Positions 28,511 through 38,106 of a DNA stretch of 64,000 bases are shown piece after piece. A model generated the notes under the pieces. The model saw only the letters and a program-made list of their open reading frames with translations. It was not told the DNA's origin and made no database searches. Position numbers and translations under genes: made by a program. The number at the start of each line of letters is the position of its first letter. Position 1 is the stretch's first letter. The DNA comes from an uncultured Bdellovibrionales bacterium (GTDB taxonomy: Bacteria; Patescibacteriota; Minisyncoccia; Moranbacterales; UBA9337): contig CAZSCV010000001.1 of NCBI GenBank assembly GCA_964605525.1, forward strand, positions 172,645 through 236,644, given 5' to 3'.

Positions 28511-29557
28511 ATGGAGATGGTAAAAAAAATATTCAGGTATCTTGCAGTTTTTATTTTGGTAATTTTGTATATTACTATTTTGCTTTTGGCATATTTTAAT
28601 TTTCCTGCCGGAAAGGCAGAGAAGAAATCCGAGCTGGGAATTACTTTTTCCAGCCGGTATTCGCAAGATATTGGTTTGGATTGGAAGAAAAATTATCTGG
28701 CGCTTTTGGATGATTTGGGAATTCGCAAAATTCGCATTCCGATTTATTGGGATTTGGTTGAAAAAGAAAAAGACGTGTATGATTTTTCAGATATTGATTG
28801 GCAACTTGATGAAGCGGCAAAAAGGAATGCGGAAATAATTTTAGTAGTTGGACAGAAAGTTCCCCGCTGGCCGGAATGTTTTATTCCGAAATGGATTGGA
28901 GAAAATAATGATGAATTGAGAAATAATGTTGAAATGAAAAATAGTGAAATCTTGCAATTTGTCGGCGATGTTACGCAAAGATACAAAAATCATCCGGCAG
29001 TTAAATATTGGCAGGTGGAAAACGAGCCTTTTTTGGCCTTCGGAGATTGTCCATCTCCGACAATTGATCCGAATATGCTGGATCGGGAAATAGAAATTGT
29101 CAGAAAAAATGATCCCGGAAAGCAAATCATTGTGACGGATAGCGGAGAATTGAGTTCTTGGATTGCGGCATCCAGCCGCGCGGATATTTTTGGAACAACA
29201 ATGTATCGGAATATTTACAGACAAGGCTGGGGTTATTATGTTTATCCGCTCGGTCCGAGATTTTTTTTGGCGAAGCAATGGTTGATTCGAAAATTTGCCA
29301 ATCAAGAAAATGCTGTCGTTATCGAGCTTCAGGCGGAGCCGTGGGTTTCCGGATGGACAGTCCACAAAAGTTTGGAGGAGCAATTTGGTTCTATGAATGA
29401 AAAAAAACTTCGGGAGATTGTCGGATATGCCAAAAGTAGCGGTTTTCCGCAGATATATCTCTGGGGGGCGGAATGGTGGTATTGGCTTAAAATGGAAAAA
29501 AATCATCCTGAGGTCTGGGAAGAAATGCGCAAGCTTATTTGGGAGAATAATATGTAA
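28511..29557 (+). CDS. Membrane-anchored clan GH-A glycoside hydrolase (GH5/GH42-like)
   Basis: RIPIYWDLVE...YDFSDIDWQ, WQVENEP (acid/base), IELQAEPW (nucleophile). Confidence 0.8.
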   Translation: MEMVKKIFRYLAVFILVILYITILLLAYFNFPAGKAEKKSELGITFSSRYSQDIGLDWKKNYLALLDDLGIRKIRIPIYWDLVEKEKDVYDFSDIDWQLDEAAKRNAEIILVVGQKVPRWPECFIPKWIGENNDELRNNVEMKNSEILQFVGDVTQRYKNHPAVKYWQVENEPFLAFGDCPSPTIDPNMLDREIEIVRKNDPGKQIIVTDSGELSSWIAASSRADIFGTTMYRNIYRQGWGYYVYPLGPRFFLAKQWLIRKFANQENAVVIELQAEPWVSGWTVHKSLEEQFGSMNEKKLREIVGYAKSSGFPQIYLWGAEWWYWLKMEKNHPEVWEEMRKLIWENNM

Positions 29558-29570
29558 AAGTATTAAAAAA

Positions 29571-30713
29571 ATGCCGGCAAGAAAAATAAAAAAACATCAC
29601 ATAAGCATTACTTTGGCAATATTGATCGCGATTCTTGGAATTTCGGGTGGCTTTTTCAGTGTACAAGCATATCCGAGAGTTTTTTCCACTTCGGCTTATT
29701 TGGAAAAATCTGAAAATTTGCATGAAGATGAAAGTGTGGTTGTGGATTTTTCTGATTCGATGATTGCCGGATTGGTTAATGAAAAAATTGAAATTTTGCC
29801 AAAAACTGCCGTTGATTTTTCGTGGAGCAATTCCGGGAAAAGGTTGACCATCATTCCGCATTCGATTTGGACTCCTGGAGAAAATTATAAAATAAACATA
29901 AAGGGCGGAAAAAATATAATGATGGTCGAGAATGATTTTTCTCTTATTTTTGATGTAAAAAAATATCCGAAACTTGAAAATTTTTATCCGGCTCAAAATC
30001 AAAAAGACGTTATTATTGATATCGAGGATCCAATTTTGGCGATTTTTGACAATTCTTTGGCTGATTATCAGCTTAAATTTGAAACGGATCCTTTGGAAGA
30101 AATTTCTTATACGATTGATTCTTCTGGAAAAAGGGTGAAATTGGTTTTTGGCAATGAATATAAAAAAGGACAGCAATATAAAATAAATGTATATATAAAA
30201 CACAAAAAAGAGAAGGATTTTTCACAAAAAATTTATGAAACCTCTTTTGAAACTTTGCCGCCAAAGCCTGTGCAATGGAGTAATGATTTCTCACAGCGCT
30301 TGGCGCAGGCAAAAAAATATGCCGCTGCCCAAATCAAGGAAGGAAAAATGATTGATGTCAATTTGAAAAGCCAGGTGATGACTATTTTTGAGAACGGAAA
30401 AGTTTTGGATGCATTTTTGATTTCATCGGGAAAAAAGGGGATGGATACTCCGGAAGGATCATACCAAATTCAAAACAAGCATCCCCGCCCATGGTCAAAA
30501 ACATACGGGTTATTTATGCCTTATTGGATGGCGATTGTTCCTAGCGGTAAATTCGGAATTCATGAACTTCCGGAATGGCCGGGAGGATATAAGGAGGGGG
30601 CGAATCATTTAGGAATACCGGTTTCCCATGGTTGCGTGAGATTGGGGGTCGGTTCGGCGGAGAAGGTATATAATTGGGCGGAAATCGGAACGCCTGTGAT
30701 TGTACATAATTAG
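29571..30713 (+). CDS. L,D-transpeptidase (YkuD) with Ig-like domains
   Basis: ISSGK...TPEG, GIHELP...SHGCVRL; start placed at ATG 29571. Confidence 0.9.
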   Translation: MPARKIKKHHISITLAILIAILGISGGFFSVQAYPRVFSTSAYLEKSENLHEDESVVVDFSDSMIAGLVNEKIEILPKTAVDFSWSNSGKRLTIIPHSIWTPGENYKINIKGGKNIMMVENDFSLIFDVKKYPKLENFYPAQNQKDVIIDIEDPILAIFDNSLADYQLKFETDPLEEISYTIDSSGKRVKLVFGNEYKKGQQYKINVYIKHKKEKDFSQKIYETSFETLPPKPVQWSNDFSQRLAQAKKYAAAQIKEGKMIDVNLKSQVMTIFENGKVLDAFLISSGKKGMDTPEGSYQIQNKHPRPWSKTYGLFMPYWMAIVPSGKFGIHELPEWPGGYKEGANHLGIPVSHGCVRLGVGSAEKVYNWAEIGTPVIVHN

Positions 30714-30866
30714 CCAGATAGCTTTTTGTTTATATTTATTACAAGAAATGTTGCAGTTATTTCTTGAATTTAGCGTTGAATCGTTGTGCGGAATCGGGCT
30801 AATATGCTAAAATTAAGGTGTTTAAGATAAAAAACAAAATAAGAATAGAAAGGAAGGTGAAGAATA

Positions 30867-31067
30867 ATGAAAAATATGAAATCTATGCAAACAGGCGCTT
30901 TCTGGATATCAGTAGTAGCTTTGGTATTAGGAGCAGTTGTTTTTGCTTCCGGAATGGAACAAATTATCGGACTAGCTGGAACTCAGTGGGCGATGGTGGC
31001 GATTTTGTTTGCTGTGTATGCTGTTTATTTTGAGCATGCTTCTTGCGGAACAGATGGAAAGGAATAA
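30867..31067 (+). CDS. Small two-TM membrane protein
   Basis: 66 aa with two hydrophobic helices; SD-like AAGGTG upstream. Confidence 0.6.
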   Translation: MKNMKSMQTGAFWISVVALVLGAVVFASGMEQIIGLAGTQWAMVAILFAVYAVYFEHASCGTDGKE

Positions 31068-31207
31068 TAGGTAATTTATTTTTCTTACCGGACGCGCTTC
31101 AAGTTCCCCCAAAGAAAGTGGATTTTTGCAAAAGAGAATCTGTGGAATTGTTTAAAAAACGGCTTTGGGGGTGCAGGAGCTTGTCGAGTGGAAAAAAGGA
31201 AAGCTAA

Positions 31208-31906
31208 ATGAAAAACAAAAAAAAGAAAATTGCTATTTTTGATATCGACGGAACAATCTTCCGAAAAAATTTGCATTTTGAGCTTATTAATGAATTGGTG
31301 TGGATGAAAGTTTTTCCGCGCGATGTTCGGGAGGATTTGACACGTTTGTATACCGGATGGCTGGAACACGAAGGGACATATGAAGAATATCGTTTAAAAC
31401 TGGTTGATTTGTATAACAAGCACATTGTCGGGAAAAAAAGGGAAGATGTTGCTCATGCCAGCAATATCGTGGTGCCGTTTCACAAAAATCGAACATATGT
31501 TTTTGCGGAAAATTTGATTAAGAAATTGCGAGCGGAAAATTTTTGCATTATTGCAATTTCCGGATCTCCAATTGAAATTGTGGAAGAATTTAACCGGGAA
31601 CATTTAAATTTTGACAAAGTTTTTGGAAGCATGTATGAGCTTGATGAAAACGGTTATTATACGGGCAAGATGGAATTTGAACCGACAATGGATAAGGGAC
31701 AAGTTGTGCGGCAATATGTTTTTGAAAATAATCTTACGCTGGATGGGTCATACGGGCTGGGGGATGCGGAGTCAGATGCAAGTTTTTTGGAATTGGTGGA
31801 TAATCCGATTGCTTTTAATCCGAATCATAATTTGAAAAGTATTGCCGAAAAAAAGAATTGGAAAATTGTGGTGGAAAAAAAAGATGTGATTTATGATATA
31901 CAGTGA
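31208..31906 (+). CDS. HAD-IB hydrolase (SerB-like)
   Basis: AIFDIDGT, ISGS, GDAESD...FLELVDNPIAFNP. Confidence 0.9.
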   Translation: MKNKKKKIAIFDIDGTIFRKNLHFELINELVWMKVFPRDVREDLTRLYTGWLEHEGTYEEYRLKLVDLYNKHIVGKKREDVAHASNIVVPFHKNRTYVFAENLIKKLRAENFCIIAISGSPIEIVEEFNREHLNFDKVFGSMYELDENGYYTGKMEFEPTMDKGQVVRQYVFENNLTLDGSYGLGDAESDASFLELVDNPIAFNPNHNLKSIAEKKNWKIVVEKKDVIYDIQ

Positions 31907-31972
31907 GCAATGAACAGTGAGCAATGAACAATAAGTAATGAACAGTGAATTAATTTTAAATTTGAAAAAAAT

Positions 31973-32092
31973 ATGCCAATGAATACAAACCAAGTTATTG
32001 ATGATTTTTTAAAAAAAATCCTCTGGGTCTGGCTTCCTTTTTACGCATTGTTTCGCTTGATTAAGGAAATCGCAAATAAATACTTCAAATAA
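31973..32092 (+). CDS. 39-aa small protein (not in ORF track)
   Basis: MPMNTNQVIDDFLKKILWVWLPFYALFRLIKEIANKYFK; stop abuts the next ATG (TAAATG). Confidence 0.55.
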   Translation: MPMNTNQVIDDFLKKILWVWLPFYALFRLIKEIANKYFK

Positions 32093-32473
32093 ATGAAATT
32101 TTTTTTTCAAAATTATTTTCCGCTTTTGTTGTGGCTGGGAATTATTTTTCTTTTTTCTTCCGTCCCTGGAGGAGTCAAGAATTCCAGTCCGGATATTTGG
32201 TTTTATGCAGAGCGAAAAGGCGCTCATGTTTTTGAATATTTTGTGCTGGCATTGCTTTTCGTGAATTTGTTGCGAAGGTATTATTCCAAGAAAAAATTGT
32301 TTTTTCTGGCAGGATTTTTTTCTCTCGCGTACGCTTTTTCTGATGAATTCCATCAAACTTTCATATTCGGACGCGAAGGAAAAATTTCCGATACCGGCAT
32401 TGATTTGATTGGAATTATTTTGGGTCTAGGCGCAGTTTGGTTTTTTTGGAAAAATAATAAAAAAGAAAGTTAA
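32093..32473 (+). CDS. VanZ family membrane protein
   Basis: RKGAHVFEYFVL, YAFSDEFHQTFIFGR...D...D..G. Confidence 0.9.
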   Translation: MKFFFQNYFPLLLWLGIIFLFSSVPGGVKNSSPDIWFYAERKGAHVFEYFVLALLFVNLLRRYYSKKKLFFLAGFFSLAYAFSDEFHQTFIFGREGKISDTGIDLIGIILGLGAVWFFWKNNKKES

Positions 32474-32500
32474 TCTTTGTCTCGATGTAGAATTTTACTT

Positions 32501-32533
32501 AAAAAAACGCCCCGATTTTTCGGAGCGTTTTTT
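32501..32533. terminator. Bidirectional terminator
   Basis: aaaaaaacgccccg...cggagcgtttttt between convergent genes. Confidence 0.7.
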
Positions 32534-32549
32534 GTTTCTTGAAGATGAT

Positions 32550-32897
32550 TTATTTTTTTAATCCTTCGACCAGTCTTTCGAATACGGTCGGATTTTCCAT
32601 GGCCAGCTGGGAGAGTACTTTTCTATCAAGCTCGTTTTTTTTCTTGGTTTGGATGTTGATGAATTCGCTGTATTTAAGTCCAAGCAATCTTACGGCATTG
32701 TTCAATCGGATGATCCACAATCGGCGCATAGTTCTTTTTTTGGTGCGTCTGTCTCGGTAGGCATATTTTCCGGCTTTCAGAATAGCTTCTTTGGCGGCTC
32801 TGAAATTGGTTTTTCTTCTCCAGCGGAAACCCTTGGTCATTTTTAATACATTCTTTCTTCTCTTTGAGGCGGCTACTCCTCTTTTTATTCTAGTCAT
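32550..32897 (-). CDS. rplT: 50S ribosomal protein L20
   Basis: MTRIKRG...YAYRDRRTKKRTMRRLWIIRLN; start at 32897. Confidence 0.97.
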   Translation of the reverse strand: MTRIKRGVAASKRRKNVLKMTKGFRWRRKTNFRAAKEAILKAGKYAYRDRRTKKRTMRRLWIIRLNNAVRLLGLKYSEFINIQTKKKNELDRKVLSQLAMENPTVFERLVEGLKK

Positions 32898-32985
32898 GGT
32901 ATTTTTTGTAAAACGTGAAACGTGGAGCGCAGAACGCAAAATTATAGATACTCCCACTTTTGCGTTATTTGCTCTGCGCTACTCG

Positions 32986-33180
32986 CTAGTTGATTATTGC
33001 TTTTAATATATTCTTTTCGTCAGTTTTAAATAATCTTTGGTCGCTTCTTTTGTGCCGACGGAATTTTCCTGTTTCTTTGCTGTTTCCGTGATTTTGCTTG
33101 GTGTGGCGCTTGATCACTTTCTTGTTTTTTGTGATGCGAACTTTTTTGATGATTGATTTCTTGGTTTTCAGTTTAGGCAT
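32986..33180 (-). CDS. rpmI: 50S ribosomal protein L35
   Basis: MPKLKT...; located between infC and rplT. Confidence 0.9.
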   Translation of the reverse strand: MPKLKTKKSIIKKVRITKNKKVIKRHTKQNHGNSKETGKFRRHKRSDQRLFKTDEKNILKAIIN

Positions 33181-33236
33181 ATGTTTGTAGAATTAAGAAT
33201 TTAAGTATCTAGTATTCTGAATTCATAATTCAAAAT

Positions 33237-33779
33237 TTATTCGGGCGCAATTAATATATTAAATCCCCCGGGAAACCTTTTTGCATCCTCTTCGATTTTG
33301 TGGGGAGTTTCGATGCTATTGGCAAAATCTTTCAAATTTCTTCTGGCTAAATCTTGGTGGGCTTTTTCTCTTCCCCTGAGTCTTATTTCTATCTTTACTT
33401 TATTTCCTTTGGAGAGAAATTTTTCCGTCTGTTTCTTTTTGAAATCCAGGTCGTGCGTGTCAGTTCGAACTCCGATACGGACTCCTTTTGTTTCAGTTTT
33501 CTTTTGGACCGACTGGGATTTGTTCTTTTTTGCTTGGGCGTACTGAAATTTTCCATAATCCATTATTTTGCATACCGGCGGGCGCGTGTTGGGGGATACC
33601 TCAACCAAGTCCATTTCTTTTGAGCGCGCGATATCCAAAGCTTCAAGACTGGACATTTCTCCCAGATACTGTCCGGCTTCATCGATAACGGAAACGCGGG
33701 GAATTCTGATGCGCTCGTTTACGCGATAGCGGGGTTTTTCATAGACTTGCTGTTTTCTTGGTTTGAATCTTCTTCGCAT
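33237..33779 (-). CDS. infC: Translation initiation factor IF-3
   Basis: RVNERIR, DLVEVSP..PPVCKIMDYGKFQY, LRGRE. Confidence 0.97.
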   Translation of the reverse strand: MRRRFKPRKQQVYEKPRYRVNERIRIPRVSVIDEAGQYLGEMSSLEALDIARSKEMDLVEVSPNTRPPVCKIMDYGKFQYAQAKKNKSQSVQKKTETKGVRIGVRTDTHDLDFKKKQTEKFLSKGNKVKIEIRLRGREKAHQDLARRNLKDFANSIETPHKIEEDAKRFPGGFNILIAPE

Positions 33780-33877
33780 TTTTTAGCTTTTTAGAAATTA
33801 ACTTTCTTAGCTTATTAGTTTATAGAACTGAAAGCCTAAAAAGCTGCAGCCTATAATAATCCAATTGCTAATTTACG

Positions 33878-34285
33878 TGGAGCTGATGGGAATTGCACCC
33901 ATGTCCAGAGTTGATTTTAAAAAATATTCTACAAGTTTATCTTGTTTATTTCCGCCCGAAGGCGGTACGGACTTTCGGCTGGAAAACAAACAAAACACCG
34001 AGAGCCCGTCTTTGAGAATTTTGCCGAAAACAACCAAAGATAATTGTTGCCGGCTATCCTAATGGTTGGCACCAAGATCTATTTATTAGGAATCAATAGC
34101 TTGATGGCTATCGGCCTATATTAGGCAATAGCGGAAGCAAAAGCGAAATTTCTTGCGAAAGTTGCTTTTACCTTTGATATAAAGTTTGCACTTAAATATC
34201 TTCCATAAACATTTTTACGACGTGTATTATGAATGGTCGACTTGCTTATTTTTTAAAGTGCAATCTGTCGAAGCTAAGCAGCCCC
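33878..34285 (-). ncRNA. ssrA: tmRNA
   Basis: 5' GGGGCTG pairs with 3' CAGCTCC-A (G3-U70); T-arm; tag ORF ANFISKVKATFARNFAFASAIA* at 34189-34121; adjacent to smpB; CCA not encoded. Confidence 0.92.
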
Positions 34286-34400
34286 GTTTTTTTGGAATTT
34301 TTAATTTCCAATTTCTAAACAATTTCCAATTTCTTAATTTTGAAATTGAATCATTGAAAATTGTTTGAAAATTTAAAATTTTAAATTAAAAATTAAAAAC

Positions 34401-34856
34401 TCAGAAATTTCTCGGGGTTTTTAAATTTCTAGCTATTCTCCTGGAGGCTTCTTTTTTTGCTATGTCCGCTCGTTTATCGAATTTCTTTTTTCCGCGAGCT
34501 AGAGCGAATTCCAGCTTGATTAGTCTTTTCCTAGTATAGACTCGAATCGGCACTAATGTCAAGCCTTCCGTGCGGACTTTTCCAATCAGCCTTTTTATTT
34601 CTGATTTTTTAACGAGTAGTTTGCGGGAGCGGCTAGGATCGTAATTTTTCAATTGTCCGGCAAAAGGGTATGGCGGTATAAAGGCATTAGTCAAGTATAA
34701 TTCAAATGCCTTGATTGTAACGAAACTTCCTTTGAGGCTGAGGTGCCCGGTTTTGATGGATTTCACTTCTTGTCCGCTCAAAACCAAACCAGCCTCATAT
34801 TTATCAATAAAAGTATAATCAAAACCCGCTTTTTTGTTGTATGCCAGTGCTTTCAT
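34401..34856 (-). CDS. smpB: SsrA-binding protein
   Basis: NKKAGFDY...YEAGLVLSGQEVKSIK, RKLL, GKKKFDKR. Confidence 0.97.
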   Translation of the reverse strand: MKALAYNKKAGFDYTFIDKYEAGLVLSGQEVKSIKTGHLSLKGSFVTIKAFELYLTNAFIPPYPFAGQLKNYDPSRSRKLLVKKSEIKRLIGKVRTEGLTLVPIRVYTRKRLIKLEFALARGKKKFDKRADIAKKEASRRIARNLKTPRNF

Positions 34857-34989
34857 TTCAGTTTTTAAATGCAAAATATATTTTTTAAAATTTATGCACA
34901 GTTCATTATATCAGCTTATTGCAATATAATTAAATTATTGTATAATTAAAAAATAGCTTAGTCAACTTTCATAAATTTTACAAAAACAA

Positions 34990-35334
34990 ATGGAAATTTC
35001 AAAAGAAAAAAAAATAATAGTTATCGTTCTGGTTGTGTTAATTTGGATTATTGCCGGACTTCTCGCCTTTTCTTTTTTGAATAAAAATCGAGCTGTGACC
35101 GTTCCCGGGCAAACAGTGAATGTTTCAGAGAATGGCAATGAGGAAAAACAAAAACTTCCAAGTGTGGAAGAAATTCAAGCCGCACTTGAGGAGAAAGTTT
35201 CCATTGAAGATACAAGTTCTTTATCATCTCCCGAAGAAATCCAGGCCGCACTTGAAGAAAAAGTTCCAGAGGATGAAGCTTCCTTCTTATCTTCAGAGGA
35301 AATTCAATCCGCATTAAACGAAAAGGCAAAGTAA
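34990..35334 (+). CDS. Membrane-anchored protein with three S.EEIQ.AL.EK repeats
   Basis: N-terminal TM; SVEEIQAALEEK, SPEEIQAALEEK, SSEEIQSALNEK. Confidence 0.7.
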   Translation: MEISKEKKIIVIVLVVLIWIIAGLLAFSFLNKNRAVTVPGQTVNVSENGNEEKQKLPSVEEIQAALEEKVSIEDTSSLSSPEEIQAALEEKVPEDEASFLSSEEIQSALNEKAK

Positions 35335-35356
35335 TTTTATATAACTAAAATAAAAA

Positions 35357-36106
35357 ATGAAAACAACAAAAAAATCTTCCAGAAATAGTTTGATTCAAAA
35401 TATCAAATGGCTTTCTTTCTCCCTGGTTCTTGGTCTTTTACTTGGAGGAGGAATGGCAATAGTTAGCGCTTGGACAGATCCGGCAGCTGCTCCTCCGGGA
35501 GGAAACATCGGAGCACCAATCAATACAGGAAACACCGGACAATCAAAAGGTGGAAATTTGGTCCTGAACGCTTCCGGAACATGGGCTAATGGTTTGATTG
35601 TGGCAAGCGGGAATGTGGGGATTGGGACGGCAACGCCTTCTTCAAAATTACACATAAGGTCTAGCAATGCCGTAACTCCTTTGTTGGTTTATGGCGGTGG
35701 GAATTCCAGAGTTGAAATAGCGCGTTTCTATAAAGCGGATGACACGGAAGTCATGAGGATACAAAATACCGGTAGTGTCGGAATTGGAGACAACGCTCCG
35801 GATGGAACGTTAAAATTAGATGTCGAAGGTCAAGTCGGAGCCAGTGCATATTGCGACCAGAACGGGGCGAATTGTAAGGCGATAACGGCGATGGGGGGAA
35901 TTTTCGGTAGCTACACCAGAACTTGCGGTGGAAATTGTACCGCATCCTGCGAGGCGGGAGATTTGCGTACGGGATGCACTATGAATCCTACAGGAAATGC
36001 CCATAATAATAGTCTCGATTATTCTATTCCTAGCGGAACGAATAGCTGTACGTGCAGTTTATATGCATCTTCCGGAACTTGCTATGCTATCTGTCTTGAT
36101 GTGTAA
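35357..36106 (+). CDS. Secreted fibre/adhesin-like protein, paralog 1
   Basis: Signal peptide, [20 protein letters not shown] fibre-type repeats, Cys-rich C-terminus. Confidence 0.7.
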   Translation: MKTTKKSSRNSLIQNIKWLSFSLVLGLLLGGGMAIVSAWTDPAAAPPGGNIGAPINTGNTGQSKGGNLVLNASGTWANGLIVASGNVGIGTATPSSKLHIRSSNAVTPLLVYGGGNSRVEIARFYKADDTEVMRIQNTGSVGIGDNAPDGTLKLDVEGQVGASAYCDQNGANCKAITAMGGIFGSYTRTCGGNCTASCEAGDLRTGCTMNPTGNAHNNSLDYSIPSGTNSCTCSLYASSGTCYAICLDV

Positions 36107-36243
36107 TTTTTGTTGAGTATTTTGGGTTGCATTAATTAATTTAAGAGTTTTCGAGTGGAATATTTTGAAATATTGAAAATAAAAAACTCATTTGCAATGC
36201 CAAATTCTTAATATTATTTCTAAAAAATAAGCAAAAAACAAAA

Positions 36244-37251
36244 ATGAAAAAAAGGATTATATTGTTACTTGTGTTTATCGCGGTGTTTGCCGTGGTTGGT
36301 GCGACCAAGATAAAGGCGGGGGTCAATGATAATGCTATTGGATGGCTTTGGGGTGGCGGTACGGAAGCAGATGGAGTTTTTCCGGGAGATGGAACTAGCA
36401 CTAATGTCAGATGGCTCAGTATGAATAATACTAATAATTCCGGAGCGGTTGATTATGGCGTTAATATTCCAATGACTGATGGTGAATTGTCCGGAGAAGC
36501 TTGGAGTGGAGGAGATGATTCCGGTTCCGGCCTGGGATATGTTACGTTTGACGCTTCTCGATTGGGAGGATGTCCTTCCGGGGCTTGCAGTTCCAGGAGG
36601 GTTGGAAATAATGTAGAAGGCTGGGCGAGGCTTGAGCAAATTGCAGCCGCCAATGCGGCAGGAAATTCTGGCGGATGGCTAGGGTGGATCAGCTTGAGCG
36701 GAACAGCACAAGACGGATCTTCTTACGGAGTTTCCATAGATCCTTCGACGAATACTTTTTCCGGTTTTGCTTGGTCGGATGAATTGGGATGGATTGATTT
36801 TTCCGGTGCTGGCTTCGAAGCGCCAAAAGTTTTGAATGTTAACCTATCCGCTTCCCCGAATTCTTGCGTCGGATGCTCATCACTGACCTCAACCCTCACA
36901 GCTTCCAGAGAGGATACTTCAACAACCGCCGGCGATATTACGTATGAATTTAATTGTAATGAAAGCGATGGAGTTTATGATGTTTCCTATACCACAACAG
37001 ACACTAGTAAATCATATGATTGTACTTATGCGTCTACTGGAACGGCGCAGGTGAGGATTTCCCAGGGCGGAAAAACTGAAACAAGAACAGTTAATGTGAG
37101 TGTGCTTCCGATAGTTTGCGGGGATGGAATTGTGAGTGCCGGAGAGGGATGTGATGATGGCGCAAACAACGGATCTTGCCCGGCTTTGTGCGGCGTATTA
37201 TGCGAGGTTAATACCTGTATTGATAGTTCCTGGAGAGAAGTAGCGCCGTAA
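36244..37251 (+). CDS. Secreted Gly/Trp-rich protein with Ig/PKD-like segment and Cys-rich CGDG repeat
   Basis: Repeated G.AWS...GWI motifs; CGDGIVSAGEGCDDG; ends in WREVAP. Confidence 0.7.
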   Translation: MKKRIILLLVFIAVFAVVGATKIKAGVNDNAIGWLWGGGTEADGVFPGDGTSTNVRWLSMNNTNNSGAVDYGVNIPMTDGELSGEAWSGGDDSGSGLGYVTFDASRLGGCPSGACSSRRVGNNVEGWARLEQIAAANAAGNSGGWLGWISLSGTAQDGSSYGVSIDPSTNTFSGFAWSDELGWIDFSGAGFEAPKVLNVNLSASPNSCVGCSSLTSTLTASREDTSTTAGDITYEFNCNESDGVYDVSYTTTDTSKSYDCTYASTGTAQVRISQGGKTETRTVNVSVLPIVCGDGIVSAGEGCDDGANNGSCPALCGVLCEVNTCIDSSWREVAP

Positions 37252-37300
37252 AAATAAATAAAGATAAAATATAATTTTTTTATTATCTAAATCAAGCAAA

Positions 37301-37972
37301 ATGAAAACAACAAAAAAATCTTCCAGAAATAGTTTAATTCAAAATATCAAATGGCTTTCTTTCTCCCTGGTTCTTGGTCTTTTACTTGGAGGAGGAATGG
37401 CAATAGTTAGCGCTTGGACAGATCCGGCAGCTGCTCCTCCGGGAGGAAACATCGGAGCACCAATCAATACAGGAAACACCGGACAATCAAAAGGTGGAAA
37501 TCTGGTTCTGAATGCTTCCGGAACATGGGCTAATGGTTTGATTGTGGCAAATGGGAATGTGGGAATCGGGACAGTAGCTCCGACCCAGAAATTGGATGTG
37601 GTTGGGAACATAAGAACCAATGCTAAGATGCAATCGAATCAATATTGCGATGCGGCAGGGAATAATTGCAAGGCAATAACGAATACTCAAAACAGGGTAA
37701 TTGGAACCTGTCCTGTCGGACAAAGCATCCGGACGGTCAACGCCGACGGAACGGTCGTGTGTGAGGTGGATGATTCAGGCGCTACATATATGACGGGAGG
37801 TTTGTATGGGATATGCACTTCGTTTAATGATTCGACTAACGCATCTTGTTCCGCAGTTGCATCACCGGCAACTTGTGTTTCTAATACATGTGTCTGTCCA
37901 TCAGGTTTTTTAGCTAAACCAATAGGCCCGGCTGTTGATTATAGAACTTATTATTCATGCGTGAAGCAATAG
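37301..37972 (+). CDS. Secreted fibre/adhesin-like protein, paralog 2
   Basis: First ~91 aa nearly identical to 35357..36106; different Cys-rich tip. Confidence 0.7.
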   Translation: MKTTKKSSRNSLIQNIKWLSFSLVLGLLLGGGMAIVSAWTDPAAAPPGGNIGAPINTGNTGQSKGGNLVLNASGTWANGLIVANGNVGIGTVAPTQKLDVVGNIRTNAKMQSNQYCDAAGNNCKAITNTQNRVIGTCPVGQSIRTVNADGTVVCEVDDSGATYMTGGLYGICTSFNDSTNASCSAVASPATCVSNTCVCPSGFLAKPIGPAVDYRTYYSCVKQ

Positions 37973-38106
37973 TTTTTCGGATGTTTCGCAGTTTTGGAAT
38001 AAAATTGAAAAAGTAATCGCAGGACGCGGATAGTTTTATCCGATAAAGCGGACCCCCTGGAAACGGTCCGCTTTATTTTTTTTTGTTTATGCGGTAGGAT
38101 GAAAAT

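Noticed and set aside
33865-34368. Short ORFs 33865..34062 and 34186..34368
   Set aside because: Antisense to tmRNA.
33780-34990. Prophage or island integrated at tmRNA
   Set aside because: The tmRNA 3' end leads directly to infC; no integrase or duplicated 3' end was found.
35357-37972. Diversity-generating retroelement (TR/VR) or shufflon explaining the duplicated genes
   Set aside because: The repeat covers the 5' ends, mismatches are not adenine-specific, both copies are intact same-strand genes, and no RT or invertase is in the window.
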